Origin: Lepidodermella squamata
Taxonomy: Eukaryota > Animalia > Gastrotricha
Direction: 5' to 3'
NCBI GenBank assembly: GCA_047495785.1
Contig: JBLDXI010000074.1
Coordinates: forward strand, 1,550,001 to 1,614,000
Length of the DNA stretch: 64,000 bases
Every line of letters begins with the position of its first letter. Positions within the stretch are counted from its first letter, which is position 1. The translations under genes were made by a program, and so were the position numbers. This document shows positions 1 to 14,300 of this stretch, in pieces. The notes below the pieces were generated by a model. It was not told the origin of the DNA and did not search any database. It was given only the letters and a program-made list of their open reading frames with translations.

Positions 1-129
1 AAACTAGGTTCAGAGCGAGCTCGCAACGAAAATTCCGCTAAGGTAATAGCAGCGACATCGTGAATTTTCATTTTCTTTCGTTATAAGAATGAGCCTCTGA
101 ATAGGCGTCTGAATTTGATTTATTAACAG

Positions 130-411
130 GTGATTATAACGAGCCTAGGCTGTTCCGAAGCATGTCCTGCGTTGATGGCGCCATCAAACTCAGATGGCAT
201 CGATTCTTTCGACTATGCATCAGCTGAGGCGGCTTTCGATGACACCCAGCCAATACCGCCCATGCCACCTTTTTCATCGTATCGATGCTGCTCAACGGAT
301 CTATGCAACAGAGGCAGCGCACTGGAATCACGGCTTCGAGGCTATCACATTTGCCTGATTATGACAACCTTCAGTGCTTCCGCAAGCAATAAACTTGATT
401 CATTTTTGTAG
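130..411 (+). CDS. Terminal exon of a Ly6/uPAR (three-finger, LU-domain) protein, possibly GPI-anchored; the rest of the gene lies upstream of the window
   Basis: The acceptor ttaacAG (128-129) precedes ...GCSEAC...CCSTDLCN. CCxxDxCN is the hallmark C-terminal motif of LU domains. A short, partly hydrophobic tail follows. Confidence 0.7.
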   Translation: MIITSLGCSEACPALMAPSNSDGIDSFDYASAEAAFDDTQPIPPMPPFSSYRCCSTDLCNRGSALESRLRGYHICLIMTTFSASASNKLDSFL

Positions 412-3400
412 AGTGACGTTGCTTGGGAATTTTAGTCAACGTTAAAAAGAAGGATTCTGATGCGATACACATCGAATGAAAATGAGATCTGAGTTTCAGC
501 AGCAAACGTTCGACAAGCGACCGCAGAACATGACCAGAATGAAATTGAAAACTTGTGTCAGAAATTGCCAACTTTTCCCCTATTTTCGCCGACATTTTTT
601 TTTGAATTTTAAGATTCTTTCGATGGCGCACAGTCAAAAGGATGTCGTCAATAGGCTGTTTTTGTCGTAATGATACCTAAAACAAATGCGTATTATTGTT
701 GTTATTGTACAGGAGCTGCTGCGCTTTCATTGCGAGTCGCAGTCTCATTTTAGACATGGTTTTCCCACGATGAGCTCGCTCATATGAGCCGTGTTTTCAA
801 AATACCATAACTTCTAACTTCTAACACGTTTTTGTTTGGCAACAAGTTCTTGACCTACCAATTGGCACCTACCAATCTTGAAATGGATAATATTATTTTT
901 TTGGCAACCACATCATAATACTTGCACTGAACCACTCAGTAGCTAAAAATAGTAGCACCAATGTTTAGGTTTTTACCTGATGTGCCTGATGCCGGATGTT
1001 TAGGTATAAGATTGCGGCGACGCTGCTATCTCTACACAACTTTTATACGATGGTTCCCACATCACAGCCTCGTCGATGAAGTAAGTACGTGAGCGAATAA
1101 AAACGCGAGACGCCAACAACAAGTCAAGATGACAAGTCAAGAAGTAGCAGCAACAGCAACAGGTGTACTTCAACTAGCAGTGTGTATGCAGGTGAAGCAG
1201 GTATTAATTGATGAAGTGCGAAAAAGAACCGACAATAAAACAGCCGCAACAGCGTCGACGAATTAATTGCGAGCACGCGCGCCAAGCCAAGTACGCGCGG
1301 CGACAATTACTGCTATAATTTTACTATACCTACCTACCTACCTGAGATGGCGGCGGCTATTCGGCGCCGCTAATTTGTTCGACCGACCGACCGACCGACC
1401 GTTCTCCTCTCATCGTTTTTCCGCCCTTGCCAGCAGCAGCTAATATAGTAATTGAAATTACAACTGCGAGAAGCAAATCGATGGTCTATTCTTTCATTCT
1501 TTCTTTTTATTGTAGATTTTTGTACTATTTTATTTGTTTGTTGTTTCTTTCCTTTGTGTGTTTGCTTGTTGATTATTTCGAATATATGGTGTGGCCACCA
1601 GCATTATACCCTCCTTCGCCTGCGCCTCGTGATTAAAAATGCATGCGCGATGATCGGCGAAACAAAAAGCAACGCAGAAAACGCGAACGTGTTCGCCTAT
1701 AACTTATAATACTTTACCTGATGATGATGATGATGATGGTGATAGCAGGTATAGCCAGCAAGGGACGGCGCCAATCAGGAAATCGCGTGCCACGGCCATT
1801 GTCGCTAAAAAGCGCGCTCTTGCTACTGCGACTGCGACTGCGACTGCATTTGTGGTCGTGCTTTTTTCATCAAATCCGTTCAATTCAGTAGTAGGCAGCT
1901 GATGTAGCGAAGTATTTCGCTGTGTTTGGCGATGGTGGTTATATTTATTGGTGACGATGACACGCAGGCGCGGCCACTGACTCACTCGCTCGCTCACTCA
2001 CTCACCTGATGTCTGGTGTCTGGTGCCTTAAACGTCTGTCTGTCTGGTGACCCGCTTTGCTTAGAACGCGCCGCCAGCAAATACCGCGAGCGCGAAATGA
2101 ACAGGTTATGTTAAAGTTGGGGGTGTAAAGTTAAAGCAGTCAAATGCTTCGTCAATTAGCGACAACACATCATCATCATTTTGCGAGTCATCGTTTGCGC
2201 AGCTAACGATGACTCGCTCCCACGTGCCCGCAACTACAACTTTGTTACAAGTTAGTAACTATTTAAAACTAAACTACAACTACCTGTGTGTGTGTGTGTG
2301 TATGTCGTTATACATACATATATAGTTGGACCCTAATGACTGACGATGATGGTCAGTCATGGCGATGATGATGATGATGATGATGGTGGTGATTATTATA
2401 TTATGGGTGCGTCCACTGCTGCTGCTGCTGCGGCTGGCCGTGGAACGCGCGCGCGTATGCCTTAAAACATATGATGGCGTGGTGTTGTGTTTTTGACACG
2501 ACGACGGCCACCGCGACGGCGCAGCGACGACGAATGCAAGCGGCGCCGTTGAAACAACCGGTGCCATTCCATGCGTGTGTGCCTGTTTGCATGCTGTGTT
2601 GTAGTAGTAGATTGCCGCATGAAACAGCAGTGCGCGGGTGCGTTCGTGCCCACAACTTTTTTCTTCCAAGAAGAAGTATAGTATATTATCTATGCCTTAA
2701 CACAGGAAGGGCTGACCGCTGACCGCCGCCGTTTTTTAAATATAATAAACAAAAACATATCCTCCCGGCTGCAACTACTACTACTAATACTAATCTATCA
2801 ATTAATCAAAGCGTCTTTATTTTATTAATTGAATCTCGAGTCATGTCGTCGAGTTAAAAATGGTTGTGTGATGATCACCGATCGATTATCTTGATTTTGT
2901 TTATTATTTGTTTACTCATCCTCCAGTGCTCATACAGGTGGCATTGATTGATAGATAGTATATGCTGGAACCGCATGTCGTTATATAAGCTGTATGCTGG
3001 TTTTAAAAGCTCGGCAAACTATTTTGTCGCCGTTGATAATTTTACTAATAGTCAGCGCAGTAGAGGTATTGCGATGCTCACTTTTACCACTTAGTACCGC
3101 CGTTTTGCTACTACAACAACTGTACTACTACCTGTGCCAACTATTAAGCTAAGTAAGTATGTATATGTGTTTTGTTTTTGCCGCGCGACCGCTCTCATCG
3201 GCAACTGCTGCTGCGGCTGCGATGACGACGGCTACCGTGTTGTTTTGCGAATTATTGTGAGCAGTATACCAATGAACGAACACGCTTTTTGCCAGCCAGG
3301 CATATGTATTTGTGGCCATCAGGCTCGTGATCACCACGAGCCACAGCTTCTCGCATTCGTCGTATATATAGATAGTGTCATATCGCCGCCACTTCTTTGC

Positions 3401-4007
3401 GATCTCAATATAGCCCCAAAAATCACCGTCCGCCTTAATTGACCCTCGATCAGACATTCGCCGATCAGATGGTAACTGATCGAAACGCAATGTGCGGCGA
3501 TAACTCGACAATTTGGCGTGACCGCTTATGATGATAGCGACCTGCAATGATGAATGCATGAATCCAAGAAGGCTGTTTTATTGAAAGCTAACAAGGATTC
3601 GCTCGCACCAGCTCATGTTCGACTTTAAAGCTCAAGCTTCGCATGCTGTTCGTCGTTGATCACCGGCAATTCATCTCCATTACCGGTGTTATCGTACCGA
3701 AAACGTGAGCACCGCACCCACCTGTAGCTTATTCGTTATTTTCTTCCTGTTTTTTCGATGTTTGCCGCGCGGCGGAGTTTTTCGTCGGTTGCCGAATTTG
3801 TGTTAGCCAGCCGCGGCAAAAACACGACGTATTGCAGGATCATTGCAGCAGGGTGGCAGTGATTGTTATTTGCGACGAGGCTGTATATGGGTGTTGGTAT
3901 AGGTAGGTATAGGTATAGGTGTGGCGCATATTTTAGCTCGCGCACCATCATTATTTATTCGCCACGCGACGGAATGAACGATGAAAATAACAACAGCTAA
4001 CAACCAA

Positions 4008-4038
<31 letters not shown>

Positions 4039-5354
4039 GGCTACTACGACGACGACGACGACGATTATCGCCGCCGCTGCTGCTGCTGCTGTGTTAATTT
4101 AATGGCCCACGCGTATAGGTAGTGTTTGACTGAACGCAGCAGGAAGCAGTCATCGAAGCAAGGCGAGGCAGTGTGACGCTCGTTACAAGGTCGTTATTTT
4201 GCAATCGCTGCTGTTTATTTGTGTTTTTATTTTGTGCGCGAGCACGACAACACGCCGTCGTGGCACCGCCATTACATGCCAGCAATCATACAAGCCGTAA
4301 TCACATCATCAGTCAACTGCGCGGCGTCAAAAAATCACCACCTCCAAACACAACAAACAGCAAACCGCCGCCGCCGCCGTAAATATCGCATTTTTGCACT
4401 TTTTCATCCTTCAACATCTTGCTTGCTTGCTTGCTTGCTGCTTAGGTATCGCTGCGGTGCCGAGGATGTTTCTTCTTTACATGACCTCGATTCGGTTGTT
4501 TTCTGCCGCGCGATTTCGCCTCTGCTGATGTTCGTTCACATGTTTACGCCACTTGTCCTCAGACACGATCGAGCATTTTTACTCTTGGCTTTTTATTACA
4601 GATATTTCTAAGATTCTAGACTGACCGATTTTTACGCTAACTGCAATTTGCAACGAACGTTAGACAACTCAGGCTGCCAAGCCCCAAGAAGCTTAAAACT
4701 ATGCGTAGAACCTTCGCAGAGTTGAGCATTTAGAGTAAACAACTTTTTTCGCTAGGCCTGTCTGCCAGGTACTTCTCATCATATTAGAAAAGCGCGTTAT
4801 TTTATAGCGGATAATCGGCGATTAAAACAGAAAGGTCATGCTTTAAGCCGCATTACATGGCCGCTGCTATCTTACTCAGTTTCAGTCGTATTTACACGTC
4901 GTTCTAGTGCATAAATTCTTCCTCCCTGCTGCCGAAAACCATTGTCTGCGGTTCATCGCGGTAGACGTTGATTCACGAATTCCATTCTTTGTCAAATGAA
5001 AAAGATGTTATTATATTACTTCAAGAACAGGTTTACCACCTTCCCTTCACACTCCTTATTGTACTCTGTGTTGATTCTACTACTGTTGTATCAACGCTCA
5101 CAAGTTTTGATAAACCGACAAAAACTAACTCTGCTATTTTAACATTTCTGCTATTTGTTGGTTTTCAACTTGCGGAAGAGTAATGAAATGCCTCATGGTA
5201 GTCTCACATTTGGCCAGAGGAATGTTCTAGGCTTGAGATTGTCAATTTTTTACACTATTATTTATACATTTTATTTCATATAGGCATTTAACAAAGAAGA
5301 CGCGTTTAGGCAAGACGTGAGACGGGAGAGTTGGCACTGTGCATCTCCCGAAAC

Positions 5355-8300
5355 ATGGCACCCGAAGGCGGTGCCTTAGCAGCTTCCAAGCCGTCGCTGC
5401 CTGACACTAGGCAACAGCGGCATCACCGGCCTAAATGCCGCCCTTCCGCAACAACAGCATATAATATATCTTCACCCTCGTCTTCATCGCAAGCAGCAGC
5501 AGCAGTAGCATCCTCACATCCGAGGCTATCTGAGGCGCAGTTTTCACGGAGTTGCTGTTGTGGTAGCGATGCCGCAGAGTTGTGTAGCAGCAGCCGGCAA
5601 TCAGTGTCGTCGTCATCATCAAAACCTCATCTCCCATCGGCATCTTCGTCGTCGAAGTCGCCGATGATGATGTCTCGAATATCATCATCATCATTATGTA
5701 AAAGTAGTAGCAAAAATAGTAGTAATAGAATTCCCGCGGTGCTAGTCTTCGCAGTCGCAGTTGTGGCGGCGGCGCTTTTACCCCGTTGCAGCCTCGCCGC
5801 CGCCGCCTCCATCGTCGACGCGGCGGCTGCGGCGGCGATCGCCAGCGCCGGCGACGTCTACAAGTCGGAGGGCGAGCTCGCGTGGCAGCAGGTGCGCCCC
5901 TCCTGCACCAACACCACGCTCGAGGTGCTTAACACGTCCGTGCCGTTCGTGTTCCGCTCGTCGCACCTGCAACTGTTCGAAAACCTCACCTTCTCGTGCT
6001 ACGGCTTCGTCTCCACCGTCTACTACTACGTGCACCGCGAGCCGGGCGACGACGCCGTCGCCGCCACGCCCAAGCCGTTCTACGTCGACGTGTGGGACCG
6101 GCTGCCCGGCAAGGCGAACTGGTTCCGCCTCGTCAACTCCACCGCCGTCTACCCGTCGGCCGGCTACGTCGGCTGGCACTGGTACACGCTGCCGCCTGCG
6201 CAGCGCATGCCCGTCGGTCCCGGCGCCCTGCTCGGCATCCACCACGAGTCGACCACCCTAGCAGCGCCTATGATCGCAATGGTAAGACGCGCGCTCTTTC
6301 ATTTCTTTAATATCTCTATTCTTTACGTGTTTAAGTTTGTGTTTCCGAAATTGCATCTTTTGCAGCTTTATTATAGGCGCAAACGCCGCAATAATAAAAA
6401 TGTCACACAGACAGCAACGCACTTTGGCGCGTTTAAGGGCAATAAAACGTGCACACGCGCAATTACTATAAAGCATTAGATTTTGTGAAATAATGTTAAC
6501 CTCATTTCTAATTTGGAATTCAAGTCGTGATGACACGTACGTAATAATCAGGAGAATCAAGGATGACTGATCGATCGCTTCTGCTTTTATTTGATAATTT
6601 GTAATTGCTACAGGGCCATTACGAAACTGTTAGCGATGACTTGAGCTTGCTGCCGATGAAGGTGGCTTCACAACTGCGAGCCGGCGTCGTACTGACAACG
6701 GCACGGGTGGCGCCGCTGTCGCACGGCGAGCTCGCCGACCGCACCGGCTACTCGTTCTACCTGCCCGACGCAAAGGGCCTGCGCCTGCCTGGTCTCTTCG
6801 TCGACGTTCAACGCGTTTCAGGTTTGTTGCACCCGCTCATTGTCATTGAAAGACAACAAAAATCTCCTTGATTTAGTTCAGTCTGTTAGGCATATTAGAA
6901 ATTAGATTTAAAACTGCGGCTGCCGAAAGAGCTCTCGGAGTTGAAAACATTTATGGACGCAGAGATTGCAAATTCATTTTTAAATTTGAGCTCTTTTGGC
7001 GGCTTTTGAAACTATCATCAGTTAGCTACGAACCTTTTATTGTTTGATCTTATTTTGAGTAATTCTAGTTTTCCTAATCATTGTTTTGTCTATCTTTGTC
7101 TTGTCTTAATTTATACCTGCATGGTACGTACCATATTACTGTTGGCCCTGTCACCTGTCACCGTTGTTGGTTTGGTTCGAACTTGAAGAGGATCTCATGG
7201 ACAAAGCCGACTTGGCAAAGTGGGCGAACCAGCACAAGCCGCTGATGTTGCAACCTAGCAGTAATGTATCAAGAGTTCGACGCAGCGAGCCGGTGTTCAT
7301 AGCCGGACAGGGTGGTAGTGGTAGTGGCGGCGGCGGCGCATCGTCGTCGGGGGCGGCAGGGTCGAGCCTAGACCCGGTGAGCGCCTACTACCAGAACCTG
7401 CAGCAGCAGCCGCGTGAGGATAGCGCGAGTTGCGGCGAGTTGCCGCGCGTGCCCGGCGTCACGCTCGTGTTCCAGTCGTTCGCGAGCGGCGTGGCGCGGA
7501 ACGGCGACTACGCGTACTACCAGTGCCCGCAGCGCCTCGGCGGCGGCTACGCCATGACGTCGTGCAACGCCGACGGCCAGTGGTGCTGCCTGCCGTTGTG
7601 CCTGCGCCAACAGCCGTCGAGCAGCAACAACAACAACAACGCCGACGAGGCTGCAACGCGCACCTTCAGCTTCACGCCCCCGCCTCCGGCTATCGTGGTA
7701 CGCAAACCGAAACCGCAACCGCAACCGCAACCGAGTCCGCCTCCACCACATGTTTACGCTATCAACGGAGCGGCGGCGGCGGCTGAACCGCTGTTTGACG
7801 TCGTGCAGCCTCCGCCGCAGTTTTTCGTGATCACGGCGGACGGGCGGCGGCGGGCGCTGAACCGGCCATTCAACGACAACTTGCAATCGCCATCGGCCAT
7901 CGGCGGCGGCGGTCCATCGCAATCGCAAGCTGCAGCAGCAGTCACGCCGAACCCGTACGTCGTCGCTCGAGCCATGCAGCCGACAGGTATTCCATTCATT
8001 CATTCATTCCTCCGTATGATTGTAACCGATCGATCGATCGATGCGAGCTGGTGGAGGTCAACGAATAACAAATAACAACCAAAAGCTGACAGGGCCATTT
8101 AATATAATCGTAGTGACGGCTGACACATAACATCATAATATAACAGTTTTAACACTAATTAGGCTTATACATAGATAAGACCACTTATATTATATAATGG
8201 AGGAAATTAGTTCCTATAACCTATATGTACAGAACTCTGTAACAATTTCAAATGCACTGACATAATGTAAATTGGTGGTGATGGTGATGGTGGTCGTAGT

Positions 8301-11300
8301 CGTCGCTACTGAGTTTCGTTGTCCTTTAACATCATCATCGATCCTAATCTCAGCAAAAAATCAACAACTGCAAACTGCACCTAATAATTTAGCCGAATAA
8401 CGCACTTGCAACAGCAACAACAACAGCACCTAATCTCTACAGCTCGCAAGTTATCATCGACAGATCGATCAACCGATGTATTTTGTCTGATTGTTGACAT
8501 CAACAATAAATAAGCTGTTGTGGGTGTCGTTGTTGTTTCAGTGACGCTGATCCCGCCGATGAACATGGGCGGCGTGAACCGAGGCGGCCGCGAACCGACG
8601 CGCCCGTGGTCGGCCGCCACCACCTCGCTGCCGTACATCGCCGTGTTCGAACTCGGCCAGGACACGGGCCAGAAGTTCGCCACGCAGACGCTGCTGCCGC
8701 CCCTGCTCTTCGGCAACAACCCGTGGCAGCAGACGACGTCGTCGCTCATGGTGCGCCCAGCCGCCATCTTTCAGCAAGGCCAGATCGTGCCGAACCGCCC
8801 ATCGGCTGCGGCTCCAGCTCCGGCTGCGATCAGCTTCAACGGCGGGTCGTGCGGCGCCCCACCACCGGTGCTCAACGCCATCGTCGTGGCGACATCGGTG
8901 ACGCGGTCGTTCGCGTCGTCGCGCGCCGGCGACACGGTCGAGTACGCGTGCCTGCCCGGCTACCAGCCGCTGTCCTACGCCAACACCTACACGTGCTCGC
9001 CCGCCACCGGCAACTCGCTCGCGTGGACCGGCAACGTCGGCTGCGTGCCCGACCCGGCCGGCGCCCCGCAGCCCATCCCGCGCACCGGCGTGCAGCCTCA
9101 GCCGCAGAGCGCACCCGCCTCAGCAGCTTCAGCTTCAGCTTCAGGTGGCGGAGCAGCCCAACAGCAGCAGCGGCAGCCGCAAGAACCGCGAACTGTGCTG
9201 TTGATGCAGCCAGAAGAAAGCATGACGACACCACTCACCGCCACTAGTCAGTTGCTATCTATTTTACTTATAATCAAATTCGTTTTATTTATAGTACGCA
9301 GGATTTTCTTTATAACAATTTTTCCATTCTTTTGATATAACTTGCTGAAATTTCCTAATGCCGTCGGGCCGTTGAGTTAACGCATTTCGCTTTGTGTTTC
9401 TTTATTTTTGCTCCATATCATACTTGGATGCGAATCGATGCGATGGCTCAAGTAGAGACTGGCTGCCCACCGCCTGTCATCATCGAAAACGGCTACGTCT
9501 ACTACCAGTCGTTCGGCGCCTCGCCAAGCGCAGACATCCGCCCCGGCGACTTTGTCACCTACGAATGCCGAGCCAACTACGTCCTCGGTGAGTTGACCCC
9601 CCATATTCTGAAATGTCCCATCTTATGCATGTGAGTGCAGTTGGCCAGAAAACAGTGCGATGCACGGTGGGCGGGTGGGGCGTGACGCCGCTGTGCGTGC
9701 CGCAGATCGGGCCCGGTCCCAGTCCGGCGACGCAACCGACCTACACGCCGCCGCCTTACACGAACAACCCACCGACGAACCCACCGGCGACCATGTCAAC
9801 GGCGGCGACGACGTGCGGCGCGGCGCCGAATGTACCGAACGCGATGATCTACCAGGCGACGTTCGACTCGTTCCGGCTGTCGCGGCCCGGCGACACGGTC
9901 GAGTACACGTGCCTGCCCGGCTTCGAGCTCGCCGGCCTGTCGCGCATCGTCGCCTGCCTCACCAACGGCCGCTGGTCCGAGCAGCCCTACTGTAAGTCAT
10001 CATGTGGTTATGCTTGAGCCTGATGTCACTGCTTGATTGGTATAGGCATGCCGCAGGTGACGACGCGGCCGACGATGCCGCCGACGACGACGACGCTGGC
10101 GCCAACTACGACGACGTCGGCGTCTTGCGGCGCGGCGCCGTTCGTGCCCAACGCCCGCATCCGCTACCAGTCGTTCCAGTCGCAGGCGCAAGTCAACGAC
10201 ATTGTCATGTTCGAATGCCTCGCAGGTACGTTGCTATTACTGCTTACATAAAGGTAGATTCATGGCTCGATGCGTTGTTTCAACAGGCTACAGCCTGACG
10301 GGTCTGTCAACGATCGCGTGCATGGCCTCTGGCAAGTGGACAATCGCGCCCAGCTGTGTTCCTCCGACAGGTAAGACCAGCTATGATCATGTTTTAGCGA
10401 GATAACCACCTATTTCCATCCGAAACTATCTCTGTGAAATTGTTGTTGCGTGTCATGCGAGTGTTGTACAATTTATCGTGTTTTCCAAAACGAATGAAAC
10501 CTGAGTACAGACGGTGATGACGATGGTGAATACACGACACCTTCTCCTACAACGAATACTGCTCTACTACCGACAACGACAGGCGTTGTCATCGATGAGA
10601 CGCCGCTGCGACTCGTGTCCGGCATCATCCTCGAGCAGATGGCGATCGAGGGCCTGGCGGCGGCCGGCGCCACCCGCCACCACAACGACGCCATCGCCTA
10701 CGCCGGCCCCACCCGCTATCCGCCGCTGCCGTGCATGGCCGACGCCCCTTGCCCGCCATCACCGCCGCCACCGTACCAGCCGTACCAGCCTTACGTGCCA
10801 CCGGTGCCGAAGCGGGCGGCATGGGCGACGGTGGCGCCGCCGAGCGAGTGCCCGTCGCCACCGCGCCTCGACTCGGCGCGCATCGTCTACCAGACGTACC
10901 CGCCGGGCTCGCCGGCCCGCGCCGGCCACTACGTCGTGTACGCGTGCCTCGCCAACTACCGCCTGGTCGGGCCGTCGGTGGTGTGGTGCCAGGGCGCGCC
11001 CCACGGCGGCTGGACCACCACGCCCTTCTGCGTCATCAACATCCAGTTCATGGACTTCCCGGCCGCGCTCGCCAAGTGGCGCCGCCACCGCCGCCCGTCG
11101 CCACCGCTCGCCAAGAAGCCGTCGACAACAACAACAACAACATCAACTACGGCGATGACTACGACCGTGGAGGAGGAGGGTTCGTCACGGCGGACACACG
11201 GCGCAGCTTTGGAAATCGTTGCATCAGCTGGGACCTCCTATTTTTAGCACGAAAAAATGTATAGATGATTGCCCTTTATTAAACAGGGCGGCTTTTCGGT

Positions 11301-14300
11301 CATATTAGCCTTTTGCCGTCGTGTGCTTGTGGTTTTTCTATCTCTTGGGCGTTGCTAAGGAATTATGCTGCCTGCGTGATTCTAACGTGTGCTTTTTTCT
11401 TTCTTGTTATAAAACAGCTGCTGGCTGCGGATCGCCGCCGAACATTGCGAACTCGCGCATCATCGAGATGTCGTTCCAGGGCAACGTGTCCCGCTTCGGC
11501 GACTTTGTAACCTACGAGTGCAAGGCTGGCTACGTCGCTCCAGGTTAGTTGCATATTACGTAATGTCTAACCTGTTGATTGTCTCCTTGTTTCATCGCAG
11601 GTGGAACTGAAGCGCTGGTGTCGAACTCGGCGAGCGGCGCATCGCAGTTCAGCGTCAAGTGCCTGCCGAACCAGGCGTGGTCGCAGCTGCCGAACGCGTG
11701 CGTCGCCGCGACGTCGTGCGGCGCCGCGCCGCTCGTCTCCAACGGCTTCGTCGTCGGCCAGTCGTTCGAGCGCGCCGACAGCCGGCCCGACGACCGCGTG
11801 CAGTACGACTGCACGGTCGGCTGGCGCATCGCCGGCACGCCCTACATCGTGTGCCTGCAGAACGGCCAGTGGACCCCGCCGCCCATGTGCACCCGCCAAG
11901 GTACTTACTTCACCAATTTATTTAGATTGATAGCTGATACCTATTGGTTATCGCTTTTCGTTACCTATGTTATTATCGGAGGCGCATGCGACATTACACA
12001 CATCACCTTCGTTATGCTCATTTTCGTTAGGTATATTTTAACTAAAATACTTGGTCATTTAAATTTGATTCGCAATTTTTAATAATAATGATCACGATTT
12101 CATTCTCATAATACTGGTCCACTACAGCGGAGATAAAGTTGCGCATGAACGCTGACGGTAGGAACGCCGCCGAGGACAGGAACGCCCTGTCATTCCCGGG
12201 ACGCAATCAAGGTTTGACAGTCACGTCCTAGTTAATACAGGCTTATAATATAGTGGTGTCTCGTTTTAATGTTGTGTTCTCATCACGAATGCGTGTCACC
12301 TTTCCGAACATTATTGGGGTGTTTTATTGGCGTTGGCTTTTGTAAATCAGCGAACGCAGTGGCTTTGCGCGGTGTTGATCATATCCATTTATCCATCGTG
12401 TGTTTGGAAGGCTTCAAAATACTTGCTTGGTGTCCTGCTCAACGCATCGCATTCTCATTTCGTGTTTTTTTATATAATGGGAATTTTATCCTAGACTCGG
12501 CACTTTGTTTGTTTTACCGTACATCATAGCTGTTTGTGGCCATAATATAGTTGTCATGTGATATTCTAACTTGCTGTTCTAATGATTTTGCAGGTGGAAC
12601 ATGTGGCCAAATACCAACCGTGCCGAACGCCGAGGTGTCATTCACGTCGATGCCAGCCGGGCAACCGGCGCAGGCCGGCCACGTCGTCTACTACCGGTGC
12701 CTGGACGCGTTCGAGCTGCAGGGCCCGGCCATGGTGCGCTGCACCGTCGACGGTGTGTGGTCGTCGCTGCCCGTGTGCCAGCCGGCCAACAACGGCCAGC
12801 CGCGCCCGCTCACCACGCAGCGCCCCAACGGCCAGGTGAGCGGCACGTCGTGCGGCCCGCCGCCCATCGTACCCCGCGCACTCCTGCTCGGCAACGTGCC
12901 GTCGCCGAGCCGCCCCGGCGACATCGTCACCTACGGCTGCGAGCCCGGCTACGAGTTCGACGCCGTGCGCTCCTACTCGGACCAGATCGCATGCGGCCCG
13001 GACGGCGCGTGGTCCCCACCGCCGGTGTGTCGCCAGTCGACGGGCGGACTCACGAACCGCCCTCCTCCTACCGCTGCCACCACGCAGCGCCCCGTGCAAC
13101 CGCCGCAGCAGTCCGGCTGCGGCCCGGCGCCCTCCGTCTCGTACGCGTCCATCGTCTCCGGCATCGTCGGCCCAACGAGTCGAGCCGGCGACGTCCTCAC
13201 GTTCGCGTGCCTGCCCGGCTTCGCCTTCGACACGGCGCGCTCCTTCTCCGACCAGGTCGTGTGCAGCCCGGACGGCCAGTGGTCGCCGTCGCCCGTCTGC
13301 CGCCCTGCCTCCGTCGTCCCGCCCACCAACTGGCCCGTCACGCTCAGCCCACCGCCGTCTGGCCGTTCTTGCGGCATCCCGCCATCGGTGCCGAACGCGC
13401 GCATTGTCGGCGGGTCGACGGGCCCCGGCCGGCCTGGGGACATCATCACGTACTCGTGCAACACCGGCTTCGAGTTCGACACGGCCCGTTCGTACTCGGA
13501 CCAGATCGTGTGCAATCCCGAAGGCGCGTGGTCACCGCCGCCAGTCTGTCGCCAGTCCGGCGGCGGCGGCGCTGTCATCCAGCCGACCAACTGGCCGGTG
13601 ACGCTGAACCCAGGGCCGGGCGGTCGGTCTTGCGGCGTGGCCCCGTCGATCCCGAACGCGCGAATCGCTGGCGGCTCAACGGGGCCCGGGCGCCAGGGCG
13701 ACATTGTGACGTACGCGTGCGTGGCTGGCTACGAATTCGACGCCGTGCGCTCGTACTCGGACCAGATCGTGTGCAACCCGGACGGGTCGTGGTCGACGCC
13801 GCCGGTGTGTCGCGCTGTCGCAGGCGGCAGCGGCGGATCGCAGGGCCAGCAGGGTGTGTGCGGCGCGGCGCCTCGCGTTCCCAACGCCCGCGTCGTCAAC
13901 GGGTTCTCGGGTCCGAGCCGGTCCGGCGACGTCGTGACGTTCGCGTGCGATCCCGGCTTCACCTTCGACACAGTTCGCTCGTACTCTGACCAGATCGTGT
14001 GTGGCCCAGACGGCGCGTGGTCCCCGCCACCCGTCTGCAAGTCCAGCAACGGCGGCGGCGGGCAGGTTACGTGGTGGCCGAACCAGCCGACGCCGTCGCC
14101 TGGGTCGGTGGCGACGGGCGGGTGTCCGGACACGCACCTAGTGGTGCTGGCCGACTTCCAGTGGTCGTCGTTCTTCCAGGACGCGGAGCTGGACGCGGCG
14201 CAGTCGATCCTGAAGGGCCTGCCGGGCGCGCTGATGGCGGCGATGGCGCGCAACGAGGTGCCGCTGCGGCGCATGAAGGTGACGCTGTCGACGACGCGCA

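Noticed and set aside
1300-4450. Short ORFs rich in Ser/Ile/Arg runs
   Set aside because: They derive from microsatellites (GAT, CAT, GCT, CGAC, TG) in non-coding DNA.
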